DNA from: Phyllosticta citribraziliensis
Lineage: Eukaryota
Length of the DNA: 64,000 nucleotides
Direction of reading: 5' to 3'
Assembly (NCBI RefSeq): GCF_038025025.1
Contig: NW_027117339.1
Span: 310,001-374,000, forward strand
Position 1 is the first letter of the stretch. Each line of letters starts with the position of its first letter. This document shows positions 58,789-64,000 of this stretch, one piece after another. The position numbers and the translations under genes are program-made. Under the pieces are notes generated by a model. That model searched no databases, was not told the DNA's origin, and was given only the letters and a program-made list of their open reading frames with translations.

Positions 58789-61700
58789 CTACTCGCTAAA
58801 CTCGTCCGCAAAGCCGTCGCTGGCATCGTGAAACGTGTCGCCCTCGTCTTCATCGTCGTCCTCGATCGTGTACCTGCTCTTGGCGGCCGCCGCAGCAGCG
58901 CGACCAGGCCTGGCCTTTGCGTATGCCTTGGCCGCAGGACTGAGCTCGGACGCTTTCTTCTCAACGACAGGGACGGCCGTGGGCTTGGCCTTGGCCTTGG
59001 GGGCAGGCTTTGCCTTTTCCTTGGGCGCCGCCGCAGCCTTGTTCTTGCTGCCAGCAGGGCGGCCACGCGGTTTGGCAGCTGCAGAGGCGGCTGGCTTGGG
59101 GGCTGCCTTGGATTTGGGCTTGACGAGGACCGCGTCGTCGCTGTCATTCTCGTCGGCCGAATCGTCAGACACGCCATTGGCCGACGTCTTGCGCGGGGCT
59201 ATGGTGCGCTGGGGCGAGGCTTGCGGAGCGAGCATTGTGTAGTCCGTGTCGTCAATCTTGTCGTCGTCCGTCTCCGGGCTGGGCTTGGACTTGGTCGTTT
59301 TGGGGAGAGCGGTGCTAGTCGTGCGGCCCTTGGAAGCGGAGAAGAGAGTGCGGCCGGCAGAATCAATGGAGGGACCATCGAGACCGCGAATCATGGTGCT
59401 GACATCGCCGAGGTCGTTGTCGACCATGTCCTCATCGCTGTCATCAGAGAGGACGTAACGCGTGGGCTTTGCGGCAGCAGCACGCCTGCGCGATGGTGCC
59501 TCCGTCTTCTTCTCCGTCTCTGCAACGGCAGCGAAAACGTCTTCGTCGCTCTCGTCGTTGACCTTGCGAGAAGGCTTTGCAGCGGCAGCCTTTGGCTTGG
59601 GGGCTGGCTCATCCTCCATTTCACTGTCATCGCTGATGACGGACTTCTTCGGAGGAGCCTTCCTGCCGTTGGTCTTGGGCTGAGGCTCTGGCTCGGCCTC
59701 AAAGTCGTCGGCCTCATCATCGCTAATTGCGAGTTTCTTGGGGCCAGCCTTTCTGCCATTCGCCTTTGGCTTAGGAGCAGGTTCAGGCTCAGGCTCGGCC
59801 TCAGGCTCAAAGTCGTCGGCCTCGTCCTCATCATCGCTGATCACGATCTTCTTGGGGGCAGCCTTTCTGCCGTTCGTCTTTGGCTTGGGCGCGGGTTCAG
59901 GCTCAGCTTCAGCTTCGACCTCGGGCTCAAAGTCATCGGCCTCGCTGTCATCGCTGATGGTAATCTTCTTGGGCGCGGCCTTCCTAGCATTGGCTCTCGG
60001 CTTGGGCGCAGGCACTGGCTCCGGCTCAAAGTCGTCGCCGTCACTTTCGTCGCTGAGAACAGTCTTCTTGGGAGCAGCCTTCCTGCCGTTGGCCTTGGGC
60101 TTGGGCGCGGGCGCGGGCGCCGGCTCCGGTTCAAAAGCATCGCCCTCACTCTCATCGCTAATGTCGATTGGCTTGGGTGCCGGTTTTACGGCGGCGGCTC
60201 TGGGCTTGGAGGCAGGCTTCTTAGCGACAGGCTCGTCGAATGCACCGTCAATCTCCATTGGAGTCGTCGAAGCCTCCTTCTTTTCGCGGGTCGCCAAAAA
60301 GTCCATGAGCATGTTTGACTTGCCCTTGGGAGATGATTCGGCAGCCTGAACTATTTGTTAAATCTCGACGGACAGATTGAAATTCAAAGGGAAGCTTACC
60401 TTTGGCTTCGCCGTGGCTTTGTTGACGACGCTGTCTGGATACTTGTTCATAAAGCCCGACAAGAAACTCTGCTTGGGTGCAGCCTTCTTCTTGGGCTTAA
60501 TCTCAAAGTCGTCGTCGCTCATGGCGTCACTATCACCAGCCTTGCGCTTCTTCGATGCCTTGCTACCAATCTTGAGCTTTGCCGACGCACGGCGACCCTT
60601 CCGGCGAGACTCTTTGGCCTCACTCTCCGCCAGCTTTTCCTGAGTCTCCCACTCTTCGACGAACTCATCCAAATCGGTGGTCCAGAGATCTTTGGGCGAT
60701 TTCTTGATGAGCACGTCGATTTCCGTCTCCTTGTCGCCAATCTGCCTGAGCAGCTTCTCGACACGCTCCTGCGTGAGGGACCAAATTGCCATGCCCAAGA
60801 GGTAGTCGTAGTCGTTGCTACCCGCCGCCTTGTCCTCCTCCGAGTCTTCTTCGTCGACAACATCTTCCTCTTCGCCCAGCCTCTTTGCGTCATTCTTCGG
60901 AATGGGCGAGAAGCCGAGTTTCTTGAGCTCAGCCACAAGGGCCATCTTCTTCTTCTTCGACACCACAAGCTTGTTGTCGATGATCATCTGGATGAACCTC
61001 GCCTGGTTGGTGAGCTTGTTCAGATCCTTGGACATCTCATCAAGCATGTACTGCTTGCGCTTCTCGTAGAACTTGAGGCGAATGTGATAAAACTCTTCGA
61101 GAATGTCAAGTTCAGTGGCGTACTTTTGGATGCGGCCCTGGGCATCGAAAGCAACAAGGTTGGACGTGGCCAAAGACTTGTAGAGCTTGAAGCGCTCCTC
61201 GAGGCCCATCTCAAGGGCCTGCTGCATGTTCTTGGCATCGGCCATCTTGATGATGAAGCTAACCTTTTGCAGGGTGTGGTATTCGTTGTAATCCTTGACG
61301 AACGAAGGGACCTTCTCAGCCTTGATGATGCCTTCGAGCTTGTCCTTGAAATCTTGAGTCCACACACGAATCGGCAGTTCCGTGATTTCAACCTCAAGCT
61401 CGCCAGTCTGTTTGATGATGCCCGTGAATTTGTAGCGGTCTCCGCCAACATCCTCAATGGTGCCCTTCCAACCCCTGAACCACGGCATCATGCGCTCCAT
61501 GTCTTCCTTGGAGCCACCGGCCATGCGGGCCTTGAGGTTCTTGACGATTTCCATGGGGTTGTAGTTGGGAATCGACGAACTCCAGCCAGTTCCAATACCG
61601 TCCGCGCCGTTGACAAGAATCATCGGCAGAACTGGGACGTAATTTGTCGGTTCAATCGTCTTGCCGTCGTCTTGGTCGTACGTGAGCAGCGGCTCGTCGG

Positions 61701-64000
61701 TTGTTTGGAAGATGCGCCGAGCAAAAGGCGACAACCTGGTGTAAATATAACGAGCGCTGGCAGCATCGCTGCCACCTTGGAAGCGGGAACCAAAGTTGCC
61801 GCTGGGTTCCAAGACATTGATGTTGTTCGAGCCGACGAAGTTCTGAGCGAGGCCAACAATGGTCTGCTGAAGAGATGCATCACCGTAGGCGTAGTTCGTC
61901 ATACCTCCGACGTGTCCAGCAAGTTCAATGACCTTGATGTCCTTCCTCACGTTTCTCTTGAAACAAGTGTACAGGACCTTGCGTTGACCAGGTTTCAAGC
62001 CGTCGACGACCGATGGAATAGAACGGTAGTTGTCGACCATGCTGAAGAGAATCAGCTCCTTGTTGACAAAATCGTCGTAACTGATTTTTGGAGCCCGCAT
62101 GTCGAGAAATGTGCCAGGAACAAAAGTGCGCAGCCACTCCTTGCGGGCGTCGGCCTTCTTCTTGGAAAAGGCAAGCTCAAAGAGCTCGGTCTCAGCATCC
62201 TTCATCGTGTGGAACTCCTTCAAGTGCCGGTCAAGATCCTGAAAGTACTCGACGGCGTCCTCAGGCCTAGAAGTACCCAATCCCTTGTAGTACTTGTGTT
62301 CCCATCCTCGTTGATGAGTTGGGTCCTGCTTCCACTCTTCGTACTCGGGCATTGTGAAGAAAGACTTGAGGCCTTTGGGCTTCTTCGGGTCGCCTTTCCA
62401 GACCTTGACAATTGGCGTAATAAACTCCAACAGGAAGCCCTCAATCTTGAGAAGACTGGGAAACTGAACTTGCAAGAAGTTGATCAGCAAGCCTTTGATG
62501 TGACTGCCATCGTGATCCTGATCAGTCATGATCATGATGTGACCGTACCGGAGGCCTTTGGTGTCGGTGTATTCCTTCTTGTGCTGCAATCCAATGAATT
62601 TCTTGATGTTTTGAATTTCTTCGTTCCTGGAGATCTGATCGATCGAGGCATCGCGGACGTTGAGCATCTTTCCACGGAGCGGGAATACACCAAAGAGATC
62701 CGGATCAACCTCTGCTCGACCAGCCAGAGCAAGCAAACTGGCCGAGTCACCTTCTGTGAGGATCAAGGTACATCTGTAGCCGTCTTTGGTTCCAGCTTTG
62801 TTGGCGTCTGTAAGCTTGGAGTGGTTCATGCGCGTTCGCTTGGCACCGTCGGATCTCTTGAGGACCTGGTCTGCTTTTTGCTGCGCAAAGTGAAGGATGT
62901 TGTTGACAACTTCCGTCTTGGCAATGTCTTTGAGGAACTTGTCCGAGACCGTACACTTGCTTCCGAACTGACTTGACTTGGTCGTCATTTGCTCCTTGGT
63001 CTGTGATGTGAAAGCCGGGTTGACAACCTGACAGTTGACGAAGAGGAACAGGTGGTTCTTGAGATGTTGTGGCTTGAGCTGAAATCCATTCTTGTTCTTC
63101 TTCTTGATGATATCGGTGAGCTTGTTGACCACCTGATCCGCAATGTAGTTGACGTGGGTACCACCAGAGGTGGTTGCAATCGAGTTAACGAACGAGACTT
63201 GCGAAAAGGCACCGTCCGAAACAGCGAATCCAATTTCCCAACGGTCATTCGGGTTGTCGGTGAGAATGACATCCGATTCGGTTGTCGAACCCTGTTCATG
63301 TTTGATGGCCTTGGTGTACATCTTCATGTACTCCTTGAAGTTCTTGACCTTGATGCGGTCGCCGTTGAGGAAGACCTTCAGGCCTTTGGTTGTGCCGGCA
63401 ATGTCGTAGACGCGGCGTTTCGCCAGAGCCTCAAAGTCGTCGTCCATCCCATCCATGCCAAACTTCTTGAAGTCTGGCTTGAACGTTACCTTGGTGAAGG
63501 ACTCGCCCTTGTGAGCTGTGATTTTGGCCTTGCCGCACTTTCCCATGTTGTCTGTCCAGGTCTGCTTGTACTTTTGGTGCACGCGCGAGTCGGCAGTCTC
63601 GAGGGTAAACTCTGTACTGAAAATGTTACAGAGCTTTGCACCGTAACCATTGCGGCCACCCGTCACTTTTTGCTGGTCGTCATCGTAGTTGGAGGAGGTC
63701 AAGAGATGGCCGAAGATCAGCTCTGGGATGTAGATACCCTCGGTCTGGGAACATGTCAGTGCTACACTCCCGCAGTAGGTGGGATAAGTGCACGTACTCC
63801 GTGGATCTCAATGGGAATACCCTTGCCGTCGTTCCTGACGCTGATTTCTCCAGACTCCCGGTCAATGGTGACTTTTATTTCCTTCATGTTCTGGTCATTG
63901 TGCTTGTTATCGGCAGCGTTGACCAGGATTTCGTCAAAAATCTTGTACAGACCGGGGACAAAGCTGACTTCGCGGTTCTCCATGGACTCGGTCTCGGAGT
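58789..64000 (-). CDS. TOP2: DNA topoisomerase II (5' end outside window)
   Basis: FDEILVNAADNK, GGRNGYGAKLCNIFS, LILTEGDSA, PLRGKMLNV, MTDQDHDGSHIKG, GLKPGQRKV, ASARYI active-site Tyr; introns 63745-63797 and 60346-60399. Confidence 0.98.
59590..60180 (-). repeat. Coding tandem repeat (~30-37 aa, about 6 copies) in TOP2 C-terminal domain
   Basis: KPKANGRKAAPKK(I/T)(V/T)(I/L)SD(D/E)..DDFEPEPEPAP repeated. Confidence 0.9.

Noticed and set aside
60355..62976. 873-aa ORF on + (and the 496-aa ORF at 58828-60318)
   Set aside because: Antisense shadow of TOP2 produced by codon bias; no recognisable motifs
1..64000. tRNA, rRNA, CRISPR arrays, intact transposons or RIP-degraded AT-rich blocks
   Set aside because: None recognised by eye; eukaryotic gene-dense sequence with no transposase or RT motifs

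Overview
Gene-dense, GC-rich genomic DNA from a filamentous ascomycete (short GT-AG introns with CTRAC branch points; Dothideomycete-like gene set, taxon not proven). About 20 protein-coding genes can be reconstructed: a divergent PRC2 EED-like WD40 gene, a putative glycosyltransferase, a HECT E3 ligase, an amidohydrolase, SWI/SNF Snf12/Swp73, ArfGAP Glo3, a MAPEG-like protein, enoyl-CoA hydratase, an Rkm5-like methyltransferase, a long-chain acyl-CoA ligase, a SnoaL-like protein, a MYND protein with a frameshifted tandem paralog, a bZIP factor, an Fe-ADH, a non-canonical TPI, MTHFR, two tandem EthD genes, a small secreted Cys-rich protein and most of TOP2. The most unusual element is a ~4 kb stretch (54180-58150) with no long ORF. 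It is an array of about 8 diverged, head-to-tail ~500-600 bp units. Each carries CACATG/CAAATG boxes, seven have a TATA or TATA-like box, and most have a downstream TTCAGGGG-type motif whose spacing does not preserve a reading frame. It is a candidate cluster of co-regulated non-coding RNA or micro-peptide genes. Also notable: a 250-codon in-frame open extension behind the Snf12 stop codon and a repeat array of SIM-like motifs in the TOP2 C-terminal tail. All family assignments come from motif recognition by eye; no database searches were run.
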